A stretch of 64,000 nucleotides of DNA. Source: a virus. Below, one piece after another: positions 26,031-35,894 of this stretch (position 1 is the stretch's first letter; each line of letters opens with the position of its first letter). The position numbers and the translations under genes were made by a program. The notes under the pieces were generated by a model. It saw nothing but the letters and a program-made list of their open reading frames with translations, ran no database searches and had not been told where the DNA came from. Where the stretch lies: IMG/VR virus record IMGVR_UViG_3300035670_000033, positions 74,072 through 138,071 of that record. One strand, given 5' to 3'.

Positions 26031-28130
26031 TTACATTGAGTCCATAATGTTGAGAAGCGCATCAAAGGCATCATCTTCAACATCACCGATTTCAACTTGT
26101 ACACCCTCTTCCGTGACTTCTGATTTCATCTGATAATAATCCAAAATCGGATCAAGAAGTTCTTTCACTTCATACAGGGAGTGCTCCGACGAGGAGATGA
26201 GAAGCATTTCTTTTTCATCACCCAACAGTGATTTTGCTTCAATATCCGAAGAAACGCCACCAGCATTAAGAACTTCTTTTAGAAGATTGAAAGCGTTTTG
26301 CAGTTTTGTCATATTGCGAGAATTAATGACTCGTCCTGCCTTCACCTCAATGTCTTCGTCGGCATCTTTGCCCATAAGTTCCGAAATAGCCGCCATAAGC
26401 ATGCCCATCATTTGCTTTGGGTCTTTGCCCCCGCCGCCACAACCACAGTCGTCATCGTCTCCGTCTCGGGAGTATGGCATCTCTACAACGCCACCATTAT
26501 CATCGTCGCCTTCCATGACCCAATTGTCTTTATCAGCCATGTAGTTGATGAAATCTGGTTCAGCGTTCATGAATTCCTTAAGAGCCTCATACGCTTTTTC
26601 GTTGCCCTCGTCTTCGTTCTCAAACTCAACATCTTCCATTTTCATGGTTTCTTCTGTTTCATCTGATTCAGCCAAACGACTAGCCATAGCCTCCATCATT
26701 TCATAACCCTTTTCCTCAGAGTCAAGGAAGTCAAATATTGACTTGATTTCTTCTTCAGTCATGGATTCAATAGACTTTCCGGGTTTGAGCACTCCGCCGA
26801 GACGGTTATTAAACTCACTGTCATCCCAATTTCGTTTGCGTAGTTTTCCACGACAATTCTTCATGCCCGGATGATGGCATCCTTCGTTCGGCCAGAGACC
26901 CGTTGTTTCGTGATGCAACCAAGCACAGATATTGCTCAACGGGTAAAGTTCTGGATGATTTGCAAGGATTACTCGGCATCGGCGGAATCCGCCCGGCTTG
27001 CGCATGATTGGGCGCCAGTAGCGAAGTAGTTTTTCAAGGTTCCCACGACGCGGACCGTATCCACGGGTTCGTGCGGTAACAATTTCCTGAGGGATTATTC
27101 CGCCAAGTGGGTCAGCCTTTTCAGGTGACTTTGGCTTAACACCAGCAGGTACTTGTGGGTCTTCATCCATGCGGTAGCGGTCTTCATAACGGCGTTCACC
27201 ATCAGACCCGCTAGGCGTATCGCCGTCTGCGTTGATATAGACGGTTTGTGGCTTAACCCTTGTTGGTTCGCCGAACATGAACTGTCCATCTTCAAAATGG
27301 TAGGAGACACGCATAGTGGTAATTCCACCCTGTTCGCCTCTGTGGTCAAAGATGACGCTGTTCGCATCTGATTCCCTTAACCGTACTGCTCCACCAAACT
27401 TCTTCGCTAAAGCAAGCGGAAGGTTCTCTTTGCGTCCCTTTGCTGGCATTGGAGCATCAACCGCATCATCATCTTCTTCTTCACGAGGCTTCTGCCTGTT
27501 CATGCTGTTAGCGAGAATACGCATAAGCAAAGAACGACCTTGTTCTGTTAACTTGCCATCACCATCGCGCATTTGACCTTTGATTTCAGAATCATCTGTT
27601 TGATTTTCAACCGACTTTATTGAAATCGTGCCAGTCAGTTGGTTTGCGCCATGAAGCACAGGGCTTGCTTCATAGAGTTCAACTTTTTTCAAAACATTTG
27701 CTTGACGCTGTGGGTCAAAGTCCGCATCTAGAGTCTTGTAGCCAATTGACCATTCTTGTTCTTCGCCAAAGAAAGCAACATCAGCGAAAGCCTGTCGTCC
27801 TCGTTCGGACTTCAGGTTGAACTGAACTTTCGCGTACAGACCGCCGATACCAGCGGCGCGCATTTTGATAGGAAGTCGTGGGTCAGAAGGTGGAACTTCA
27901 TACATTTCAAGGACTTTGCCGATTGGCTCATTCCAGTTGTGTCCCCATACAACACGGGGTTTGCGCCTTTTCAGGCTTTCCGTGAACGCGCCGGGGACGA
28001 TGATGTCGCCTACAGAGTCCTTGTTGCCAATTCCCGCGACGAAACATTCAACAACGCCGAGTGCCTCGTCAATATTGAATTGACCCTGAAGGGCTTTATA
28101 TTGCTGTGTTTCTGATAATGCTGTTGGCAT
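26031..28130 (-). CDS. Prohead (capsid maturation) protease, HK97 family, with long C-terminal extension
   Basis: GIGNKDSVGDIIVPGAF, VVWGHNWNEPIG, EWSIGY, LKKVELYEASPVLHGANQLT; SD GGAG before ATG 28130. Confidence 0.93.
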   Translation of the reverse strand: MPTALSETQQYKALQGQFNIDEALGVVECFVAGIGNKDSVGDIIVPGAFTESLKRRKPRVVWGHNWNEPIGKVLEMYEVPPSDPRLPIKMRAAGIGGLYAKVQFNLKSERGRQAFADVAFFGEEQEWSIGYKTLDADFDPQRQANVLKKVELYEASPVLHGANQLTGTISIKSVENQTDDSEIKGQMRDGDGKLTEQGRSLLMRILANSMNRQKPREEEDDDAVDAPMPAKGRKENLPLALAKKFGGAVRLRESDANSVIFDHRGEQGGITTMRVSYHFEDGQFMFGEPTRVKPQTVYINADGDTPSGSDGERRYEDRYRMDEDPQVPAGVKPKSPEKADPLGGIIPQEIVTARTRGYGPRRGNLEKLLRYWRPIMRKPGGFRRCRVILANHPELYPLSNICAWLHHETTGLWPNEGCHHPGMKNCRGKLRKRNWDDSEFNNRLGGVLKPGKSIESMTEEEIKSIFDFLDSEEKGYEMMEAMASRLAESDETEETMKMEDVEFENEDEGNEKAYEALKEFMNAEPDFINYMADKDNWVMEGDDDNGGVVEMPYSRDGDDDDCGCGGGGKDPKQMMGMLMAAISELMGKDADEDIEVKAGRVINSRNMTKLQNAFNLLKEVLNAGGVSSDIEAKSLLGDEKEMLLISSSEHSLYEVKELLDPILDYYQMKSEVTEEGVQVEIGDVEDDAFDALLNIMDSM

Positions 28131-28222
28131 GACGCTCCATATATGTTGGTTTATAAACAATAAACCATTTGAAGCGTCAAAAAAGGAACACTTTCAGTAT
28201 AACTAGGTTATTTTACTGAAAA

Positions 28223-30433
28223 CTACTCTTTGTCAAACCCGAAACGAAGACGACAACGACAATTAAATGTAAGCGCAGGTGGCGCTATCGGATCACCCGG
28301 AAATCGCAACATCATTCCGTCAACAACAAAACCATCACCAAATTTAACGGTTTTGCCTTCAAGGAACTTGTGAGCGTTGCGAACACGGGAATCTTTTCTA
28401 GTCAGCCAAGTCTTAGTGAAACCACCCTGACTGTCTTTACCCGCTAAATAAACACCGCCGTTGTACGAAGCCTGAGCCTCATGTTCAGCAATGTCCCTTT
28501 TCCTCTTGGAAATAAGTTTCAAAAATATCGCTATCAAAGCCAACCTCAAAAGAGTGGATCGTTCCTCTTGGTCTGCTTCCATCATGGCAACAGCGATCGC
28601 CGCGGCTATCTCTTCTGCTGTCCCCGTGTTGGCTTGTTGCATCCGCTCTATTTGCTGTTGCGCAAGTTTTTCAACTTCCTGTGGTTCAAGCGCGACTTGC
28701 TCACTGGTTCGCGACGCCACATATTCCTTGGCGTCAACATAAATCGCGGAGATAATTGGCTCCAGGTCATCTTCTAATTGCTTGTTCCAAATCTCGGGAT
28801 CAAAAACCATGTCAACAGTAAGCGCTCCGCTAGCCAGTGCTTTCACGCCACGCTTACCAAACGCTTTTTCCATGACCACTCGTTGCTGTCTTTCAAATAG
28901 TCGCTCTAAAGCGCGATCAAGTATTTCCGTCCACCTGTCAGTATCTGTGTCGGCTTTGGTTTCAATTTCCTCAACGAACTTAAGTTGCATCTCATGTTGA
29001 ATTTTTTCAAACTCTGAGAGTTGTTGATCAGGCGTGAGAGCCGCTGTTTCTGTTGGTGCTTCCGCTGGCATATCTGGCGCTGGCACTGGTGCAGGTGGAG
29101 CGGGTGGCGGTATAGCCATTGCACCATCTTGAGGTGGAAGACCGCCGGGTACTGCATTCGGATCAACACCAGCCATATCAACAGGCTGTTGTTCTTCAGG
29201 TTTGAACGGCTTCTCCGTGTTCGCGATAGGCGTGAGGTTCGGGTTAGAGAGAAGCGAATCCGCAAGTTCTGATTCAACTTTTTTTCTTCCTGTTGCCGTA
29301 CGGTACTCGTTCAACGAAATGAGACCCTGTTGAAATTCGTCCATTACATATCGTTCGCGTTCTTGTTTAGCAAGAATCAAAATAGGAATGTCGTCGGTAT
29401 CAAAGTCAACATAATATTTATCGTCAAGTTCATCAAGCGCACGAGCAATCGTGTGCAGGTGAGGAGCCATTGTCTCCATCCAAAAAACACGCAGTTCTTC
29501 TGACGCATTTGAGAAAGTTCTTCCAGCGGCGTTACCGATTACTGACTCTGGCACTCCGAACGCGGCAAAGATTTCGTTCTTCTGTATTTCTCTCATTTGC
29601 GAGTAGGCGGCATCTCGCGGTGATGCGGAGGTGTCTACATAGTCAACTCCTGCTTCAGATGCAATAACTGTTGTAGAACCAGTCTTGGAAAGGTTGCCCC
29701 TGAAACGGTTTTTCAATTCTTGTTTATCGTCGTCTTCCATGTCGCCACGAACAACTAGCAAACCGCCGGGTCGTCCATCGTTCAACAAGTAGTTCCTGTT
29801 ATACAGTTTTGACAGAGTTTCTAATTCAATTGCTATACCAGCAGATTCCATTGGTGTCATGGAAAGGTATGGATCTAATGGGTGGGGTCGGCGAATCCAA
29901 CAAACATCTTCTGGCTTAAGAACAAACTTTGTTCCGTTGCGCATATCAACTTCAAAACCTGCAACAAATCTTTTAGGGTCAGGGATCGGTGCAGTGAATT
30001 GAGGCGGAAGAAGTTGCAGAGCAATAATTTTCCCGTCTCGCGAGCGAACCTTCTCAATGAATACGCCTCTTGTGCTCATCAAAAGTTGAGCGGAAATTCT
30101 GTAGCGGAAAGCGAATGAGTTTTCACCTTCATTGGACTTGGAGTTAAAAATCTCTAGTAGTGACTCGTTGCTCTTTGTTTTTTCTCCACGCTGATCATTG
30201 CCTTTTCGCAAGATGACAGGAAGTCGCGCTTGGTTTCCTGCGATTGCATCTATGCATCGGAAAACCCATGTAACTTTTTGCATGCCGTCGCGATATGCGC
30301 GTTCAATGTCCCAACCGTCTTTGTACGGTTTGCCTTGGCGTGAAACATCAAATGCAACTGGTGCGCCGGGGTTTGACATTGCCTTTTCAGCAAAGTTCCT
30401 GAGATCCTTATTGTTATTGCTGTTCCAAGCCAT
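28223..30433 (-). CDS. HK97-family portal protein fused to a C-terminal MuF (SPP1 gp7-like) domain
   Basis: WVFRCIDAIA..ARLP, GLSPM-like LSMTPMESA, FGVPESVIG, LISLNEYR; C-terminal KTWLTRKDSRVRNAH...FPGDP..PPALTFNCRCRL. Confidence 0.93.
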   Translation of the reverse strand: MAWNSNNNKDLRNFAEKAMSNPGAPVAFDVSRQGKPYKDGWDIERAYRDGMQKVTWVFRCIDAIAGNQARLPVILRKGNDQRGEKTKSNESLLEIFNSKSNEGENSFAFRYRISAQLLMSTRGVFIEKVRSRDGKIIALQLLPPQFTAPIPDPKRFVAGFEVDMRNGTKFVLKPEDVCWIRRPHPLDPYLSMTPMESAGIAIELETLSKLYNRNYLLNDGRPGGLLVVRGDMEDDDKQELKNRFRGNLSKTGSTTVIASEAGVDYVDTSASPRDAAYSQMREIQKNEIFAAFGVPESVIGNAAGRTFSNASEELRVFWMETMAPHLHTIARALDELDDKYYVDFDTDDIPILILAKQERERYVMDEFQQGLISLNEYRTATGRKKVESELADSLLSNPNLTPIANTEKPFKPEEQQPVDMAGVDPNAVPGGLPPQDGAMAIPPPAPPAPVPAPDMPAEAPTETAALTPDQQLSEFEKIQHEMQLKFVEEIETKADTDTDRWTEILDRALERLFERQQRVVMEKAFGKRGVKALASGALTVDMVFDPEIWNKQLEDDLEPIISAIYVDAKEYVASRTSEQVALEPQEVEKLAQQQIERMQQANTGTAEEIAAAIAVAMMEADQEERSTLLRLALIAIFLKLISKRKRDIAEHEAQASYNGGVYLAGKDSQGGFTKTWLTRKDSRVRNAHKFLEGKTVKFGDGFVVDGMMLRFPGDPIAPPALTFNCRCRLRFGFDKE

Positions 30434-30609
30434 TATTCAGATCCCAACAGATACCCATAGATTCCGCAAGCAACTCCACCAGTGATAAATCCCGCAGGGA
30501 GAAATATGAGACCAGTACCTAAAGAAACACCTACGACGAATAGAAACATCAGACAGTTTGCTAGGTTGCGGCGTGTAGCGAATAACTTTAGTTTGCGATA
30601 AATATCCAT
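30433..30609 (-). CDS. Small two-TM membrane protein upstream of portal
   Basis: Hand translation MDIYRKLKLFATRRNLANCLMFLFVVGVSLGTGLIFLPAGFITGGVACGIYGYLLGSE; TAATG overlap with portal. Confidence 0.7.
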   Translation of the reverse strand: MDIYRKLKLFATRRNLANCLMFLFVVGVSLGTGLIFLPAGFITGGVACGIYGYLLGSE

Positions 30610-30683
30610 TTAGACCGTCACCTTAGCAAATGAAAGACCTATTTAATACTACATTATGTATCTATCCACATTTACGAGGACAC

Positions 30684-31991
30684 ATGACCGCTGACTGGAA
30701 TAAAGTTTACGAGTATCTACAACCGAAGGAACCTTTGTATTGTCCTGAAGGGGCATCGTTAACTCAGAAAGTATTTTTGCGGAGTTATTCACTTGAAGGT
30801 CTTTTTGGTGGAGCGGCTGGTGGGGGCAAAAGCAGCGCCTTGCTTATGGCGGCTTTGCAATATGTGGATGTCCCAAATTACTCTGCAATTCTCTTTCGTC
30901 GTACTTACGCCGACTTGGCTTTGCCGGGTGCTTTGATGGATCGTTTCCGAAATTGGGTTATGTCCTATGAGGATGTTCATTGGAACGCGAATAGTTATGT
31001 GGCTACTTTCCCTTCTGGTGCTCGTGTTTCATTCGGTTATCTGAATAATACGAACGATTATCTGCGATATAAGGGTTCGGAGTTTCAGTTCATAGGTATG
31101 GATGAGGTCACCGAAATTCGCGAAAGTGACTACAGGTATATGTTCTCCCGTTTGCGTCGTCCTGCTTCTGGTCCGCTTTCCAAGGTTCCACTGCGGATGC
31201 GTTCGGCTTCAAACCCTGCCCCTAATTGGGTTCGCCAACGCTTTATTGTGGAAGGCAAAAATGAACAGAGATTTTTTGTACCCTCATTTTTAACTGATAA
31301 CCCAGGAATTGACGCCGAGTCCTACCGTCAAGCATTGTCCGTTCTTGACCCTGTTGAGCGAAAAAGGCTTGAGTTTGGCGACTGGTGGGCTACAACTCTT
31401 GGAACATTGTTTGACAGAACTGATTTCCCCATTATTGACGGTTCAGATGTCCCCGAAATCACTAGTAGCGCCCGCGCCGTACGATATTGGGACTTGGCGG
31501 CTACCGAGCCCCATTCAGGGAATACTGACCCTGACTGGACGGTGGGTACTCTCATGTTGTTTGACCAAGGAATTGCTTATGTTATGGATGTCCGCAAAAT
31601 TAGGGCTAAATCAGACAAGGTGGAGTCCTTCATCTCTCAAACAGCCCAAGAAGACGGCAAAGCGGTGGCAATCAGAATGGAGCAGGAACCCGGATCTTCA
31701 GGAAAAGCCCTAATTGATCAATATGCACGGTATGTCGTTCCGGGCTGGGACTTGCAGGGCATCAGGTCGTCGGGGGATAAAGAAACGAGGGCGAGACCGT
31801 TCGCCGCGGCTGTAGCAAACGGAAATGTTCGCTTGGTGCGAGGCAAGTGGATAACTGATTGGCTTGACGAAATTTCTTCGTTTCCTGAGGCTTGCAACCA
31901 TGATGACCAAGTTGACTCTGCGGTTGGAGCATTTACTTTTTTAACTGGATTGGGGTTGCCACAGAGGAAAAGAGCCACTATCATCGTGTGA
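30684..31991 (+). CDS. terL: Terminase large subunit
   Basis: Walker A GGAAGGGKS, Walker B FIGMDEVTE, ASNP, nuclease RYWDLAAT, HDDQVDS; SD GAGG before ATG 30684. Confidence 0.95.
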   Translation: MTADWNKVYEYLQPKEPLYCPEGASLTQKVFLRSYSLEGLFGGAAGGGKSSALLMAALQYVDVPNYSAILFRRTYADLALPGALMDRFRNWVMSYEDVHWNANSYVATFPSGARVSFGYLNNTNDYLRYKGSEFQFIGMDEVTEIRESDYRYMFSRLRRPASGPLSKVPLRMRSASNPAPNWVRQRFIVEGKNEQRFFVPSFLTDNPGIDAESYRQALSVLDPVERKRLEFGDWWATTLGTLFDRTDFPIIDGSDVPEITSSARAVRYWDLAATEPHSGNTDPDWTVGTLMLFDQGIAYVMDVRKIRAKSDKVESFISQTAQEDGKAVAIRMEQEPGSSGKALIDQYARYVVPGWDLQGIRSSGDKETRARPFAAAVANGNVRLVRGKWITDWLDEISSFPEACNHDDQVDSAVGAFTFLTGLGLPQRKRATIIV

Positions 31992-32030
31992 GATAAACCT
32001 ATACCACTATTGCCCGAAAGGAATAGAAAT

Positions 32031-32282
32031 ATGAAAAAGACCCTAAAACCACCAACAAAAACACAGTTACGAACTGCCACCAATCAAAGCAAGACAGTTA
32101 TTTCTGAGTGGGTTAGGAACTCTCGCACGACACTTGAACTCAGTCAAGAAGGTTTGGCTGAAATCGCAGGCGTTGATCGCAAGACAATTAACCGAATTGA
32201 AAACGGACACTTCTCGCCAAGCATTGATACTTTGGTAAGAATTTCTGTATCTCTCAACTCAAAAATCCCTGCACTCGTATGA
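32031..32282 (+). CDS. XRE/Cro-type helix-turn-helix regulator
   Basis: LSQEGLAEIAGVDRKTINRIENGHFSPSIDTL. Confidence 0.92.
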   Translation: MKKTLKPPTKTQLRTATNQSKTVISEWVRNSRTTLELSQEGLAEIAGVDRKTINRIENGHFSPSIDTLVRISVSLNSKIPALV

Positions 32283-32785
32283 GCAATTGGGATAATGAAA
32301 ATCTAGCACCATTTGTTGAGATCCGAAAAGCCCTTATGGCTATCGGTGACAAGGCTTTGGACAACCTAGATCAGGATGATGAACAACTTTGGTTTGACAC
32401 ACTCGTCTTGCTTCACTCTGTCAAGAGCGATATTGCGAATATTTTCACGCAGTACTCAAATTTGATTGCTACCAAACTTGAAAAAGATGAGGCAACAGCA
32501 TCAAATGGTCAAAAGATTGAGAAAAAATCAGCGTTTGACCGCAAGGGTTGGAAGCATGAAGACCTCGCTTCAGAGGTTCTGCGCAGACTAAATGACCTGT
32601 CTGTTGACATGGACACAGGCGAAGTTGTGATGTCTTCTAGCGAGATTGCGATGAAACTTCTTGACTATGTACAACCATCGTATTGGCGCATAAAAGAATT
32701 GTCCAAACTTGGAATCAACGCAGATCAATACTGTGAAGTCGGAGAACTAAAAACAAGCATTATCGTACGAAAGGAACAATCATGA
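32279..32785 (+). CDS. Hypothetical protein
   Basis: 168 aa ORF in an overlapping chain of genes. Confidence 0.75.
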   Translation: MSNWDNENLAPFVEIRKALMAIGDKALDNLDQDDEQLWFDTLVLLHSVKSDIANIFTQYSNLIATKLEKDEATASNGQKIEKKSAFDRKGWKHEDLASEVLRRLNDLSVDMDTGEVVMSSSEIAMKLLDYVQPSYWRIKELSKLGINADQYCEVGELKTSIIVRKEQS

Positions 32786-33477
32786 GTAACATTTATTCAC
32801 AGTTAACGGAATACTTTCCACCAGAGATGGAGAAGCGTCTCAACAAGGGTGGCGCGAACTTGGTGTACATCCCAATCAGCGAAGTGATCAACCGAATGAA
32901 CAAGGTTCTCGGTGTAGAAAATTGGTCATTCACTGTGAAGAACTGGCAACAACTTGGAACTTCCATCGTTGCACATGTTTCTGTTGTAGCCACGATTGAT
33001 GGCAATGTGGTCACTCGTGAAGGTGTGGGTGGGCAGAAAATCAAGATGTCCAAAAACGGTGATCCTGTTGACATTGGCGACGAGGTTAAGGGTGCGGTTT
33101 CTGATGCCCTGAAAAAGGCTGTACAGACTCTCGGCATCGGTCTTTACCTTGCTCGCTCTGAAGAAGCAATTGAAATAGAGCACGCAATTGATGCCACCGC
33201 TATTACACCATTGGCACCTGTGGTTTCACCAAAGTACACACAGTTCAAGTCGTTGCTTGAGTCAAAAGAAGAGAATAAAGCAAAGATTAAGACTTTTTGG
33301 TCTAACTATGGTGGCGGTCGTCCAGTACCAAAGCCTTCAGAGTTCACTGAAGAAGAACTTGATGCGCTCATCACCGAATTGATTTCGTATCAGTTTGAGG
33401 GGTCTGTGGTCGTAGAGGCAACAGCGCCTAAAAAGACTAAATCTCCCGAGATGCCACCTCGCAGAGATATTGACTGA
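32782..33477 (+). CDS. Rad52/22-family single-strand annealing protein (Sak-like)
   Basis: LVYIPISEVINRMNKVLGVENWSF...TREGVG...KGAVSDALKKAVQTLGIGLYL. Confidence 0.88.
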   Translation: MSNIYSQLTEYFPPEMEKRLNKGGANLVYIPISEVINRMNKVLGVENWSFTVKNWQQLGTSIVAHVSVVATIDGNVVTREGVGGQKIKMSKNGDPVDIGDEVKGAVSDALKKAVQTLGIGLYLARSEEAIEIEHAIDATAITPLAPVVSPKYTQFKSLLESKEENKAKIKTFWSNYGGGRPVPKPSEFTEEELDALITELISYQFEGSVVVEATAPKKTKSPEMPPRRDID

Positions 33478-34243
33478 TGTGCTCAACGCCCCTGAATATC
33501 TTTCGCCGAGTTCTATAGCCACATTTCATCAGTGCCCGTTCAAGTACAAACTTTCTCGGATTGATGGACTAAAAGAACCGCCAACAGAACACACACTGTT
33601 GGGCAACTATGTCCATTCCATTTTGGAAGAGTTCTATCGTCTTGAAGCATCTGAACGAACAGTTTTGGGTGCTAGGACATTATTTCGTGCCATTTGGGAT
33701 GATTACGCAGAAGCGGTGATAGGCATATACCGAGGCGACAAGGTTCATGTTGATCAATTTAGGCTCAGGGCTCGCTACTGCGTAGAGAACTTGTTGAAAA
33801 TGGAACCATCTGATGCAATTGAGTTTGATGGCATTGAAACCGAATTGAATCATGCTGTTCTTGGCGTTCAAATCAAAGGATTCATTGACCGTTGGGCTAT
33901 CAAAGATGGGAAATTAAACATCGGCGATTACAAAACAGGAAAAGTCCCACAATTACGGTTTCGCGATGACAAGTTTGATCAACTTTTAATTTATGCGATT
34001 ATCTTGTCTGAACTTGAAGACAAAGAGATCGGCACATTGGAGTTGCTCTACATTAAAGACGGAGTTAGGCTTACCAAAGAACCGACAGAAGAAGATGTAA
34101 ATAGAATTAAGTCAATGTTAGTAGAAACAAGAAATTCCATAGATGAACGATGCCAGACTGGTGTTTTTGAAACAAAAGTTGGGGTGTTGTGCGGATGGTG
34201 CCATTTTAAACCTATATGTCCTGCATGGAGCAAAAACAAATGA
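33470..34243 (+). CDS. PD-(D/E)XK (RecB/Cas4-like) exonuclease
   Basis: LSPSSI..FHQCP, GNYVHSILE, GFIDR..IGDYKTG, QLLIYA, CGWCHFKPICP. Confidence 0.9.
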   Translation: MTDVLNAPEYLSPSSIATFHQCPFKYKLSRIDGLKEPPTEHTLLGNYVHSILEEFYRLEASERTVLGARTLFRAIWDDYAEAVIGIYRGDKVHVDQFRLRARYCVENLLKMEPSDAIEFDGIETELNHAVLGVQIKGFIDRWAIKDGKLNIGDYKTGKVPQLRFRDDKFDQLLIYAIILSELEDKEIGTLELLYIKDGVRLTKEPTEEDVNRIKSMLVETRNSIDERCQTGVFETKVGVLCGWCHFKPICPAWSKNK

Positions 34244-34749
34244 ACGATGAAGCATTCTCGCGACTTGTCGCCGAAGAAGTTAAAAACAAAGCATCTGATG
34301 CGCAGAAGAAGTACTTGGCGCTACCCGAAAATTTGGAAAGATGGAAACGGGCGTTGCAATATCTTGCCTCAAACTTGGAAGAGCAGATTGTTGAAATTGA
34401 CCGTCAAGAAAAAACTCGTTTAACTCAATACGAGGGATTGGGCGCAGAGGGAGATCTTTTGATCGCGGAGGCTTCCGCTAATTCTGCTATTCGTAGATCA
34501 AAGATTGATCGCTTCAGGTTCTTCGTTACGGCAAAACTTGATGAAGTTACAAGAATTTCTGCATCGTCTTCTGATGAGAATTTATCCGATGATTTTTATC
34601 GCAGGGCTATCAAAAAGTGGTGGTCTTTGATGGAAGATTTTGAGATGGAACCAACACGAATTGACTATGCGCTTCACGCATCTTTGGATGGCAAATGGGA
34701 ATTTGATGATTTGAGCCTAGAAAATAATTTTGACGACTTTGAAGACTAG
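34240..34749 (+). CDS. Hypothetical helical protein
   Basis: 169 aa ORF, ATGA overlap. Confidence 0.7.
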   Translation: MNDEAFSRLVAEEVKNKASDAQKKYLALPENLERWKRALQYLASNLEEQIVEIDRQEKTRLTQYEGLGAEGDLLIAEASANSAIRRSKIDRFRFFVTAKLDEVTRISASSSDENLSDDFYRRAIKKWWSLMEDFEMEPTRIDYALHASLDGKWEFDDLSLENNFDDFED

Positions 34750-34760
34750 GAGATAATCCT

Positions 34761-35894
34761 TTGACTCGTCAACGACTGTTCCTAGACACTTCTTGTGTTG
34801 ATGCCGCTCGCGAGCGGTTGCGCCATGTTTATGACACTTTTGACACTGTCTGCTATCAATTCTCTGGAGGCAAAGACAGTACTGCGATCATTTATTTGGC
34901 AAAAGAAATACATGAAGAACGAAACCTAGGAAAAGTAAAGGTTATTTTTCGTGACGAAGAAATGGTCAGTCCGTCTGTTGTTAGTTTTGTTGAAAAAGTT
35001 CGCCAATACGATTGGGTTGATATGGAATGGTATTGCCTTCCATCAGGTCAAGAGATTTGGGTTTTGGGTAGACGAGAGTATGTTTTGCTGTGGTCGCCTC
35101 AACGAAAAGCAGAAGGTCGTTTAGTTAGAGAAATGCCTGAATGGGCTATTAGGGCTGAACACTTTGGTTTAGATCCATCTAAGCCTTGCCCGAATCTTGT
35201 TGACTATTACACGATGCAAGGCAAAAAGGGTAGGACTGCTTTTGTTATGGGTGTCAGAGCGAACGAGTCAATGGTTAGGTATCGCTCATGCGTACAAAAA
35301 TTGCATGAAAACTATATTGTTTCCCCGTTCTTGTTGCAAAAATCAATCCCATTAAAATTTGCGAAAGTCATTTACGATTGGACAACCGAAGATGTTCTCA
35401 AATTCATTATTGATGAACATAAAGCGGAGTACTGCGAATATTATGATTTGGCTGAACTAACAGGTAGCAATAGCCGTGTTGGTATCCCGTTGCATTCTGT
35501 TGCCATTCGCAGGATCGGTGATGTTGTCGCTACCGAACCCGAGTTCTACGATCAACTTGTTCGCTGTTTCCCTCAAATAGATGCACAACGCAGATATTGG
35601 GCTGATTTTGATATTGAATCTTTGATTTCCAATTATGCAGTCAACGGGTGGGATGGTGTTTCGGACTGTATTGATGACCATATGCTCACACCGGGGATGC
35701 GTTTAGATGCGCTGAAATTTGCTTCTGCTTTTCGTAAAAAACGAGTAGTTGACCCATATGGTTTTCCACTTGAGTATCTGATAAGAACTTTGCTTCTTAA
35801 CGAATTCCATCAGTCAACACCAACGCCTGTCGGTCCTAAAACAAGGGCTCACACTATGAGGTTGAAGGCGATTGAAGCGGGGGACGATTACTAG
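34761..35894 (+). CDS. PAPS-reductase-family (PP-loop) protein, YbdN/IbrA-like
   Basis: QFSGGKDS, VIFRDEE, MGVRANESMVR, IYDWTTEDV, SRVGIPLH; TTG start. Confidence 0.85.
   Translation: MTRQRLFLDTSCVDAARERLRHVYDTFDTVCYQFSGGKDSTAIIYLAKEIHEERNLGKVKVIFRDEEMVSPSVVSFVEKVRQYDWVDMEWYCLPSGQEIWVLGRREYVLLWSPQRKAEGRLVREMPEWAIRAEHFGLDPSKPCPNLVDYYTMQGKKGRTAFVMGVRANESMVRYRSCVQKLHENYIVSPFLLQKSIPLKFAKVIYDWTTEDVLKFIIDEHKAEYCEYYDLAELTGSNSRVGIPLHSVAIRRIGDVVATEPEFYDQLVRCFPQIDAQRRYWADFDIESLISNYAVNGWDGVSDCIDDHMLTPGMRLDALKFASAFRKKRVVDPYGFPLEYLIRTLLLNEFHQSTPTPVGPKTRAHTMRLKAIEAGDDY

Noticed and set aside
33470-34243. Cas4-like nuclease as a sign of CRISPR-Cas
   Set aside because: No repeat-spacer array or other cas genes seen; it sits beside a Sak annealing protein, typical of phage recombination.
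34761-35894. Complete Dnd phosphorothioation system or sulfate assimilation CysH
   Set aside because: No DndA/D/E or Ssp partners and no other cys genes; the motifs fit the YbdN/IbrA subgroup.
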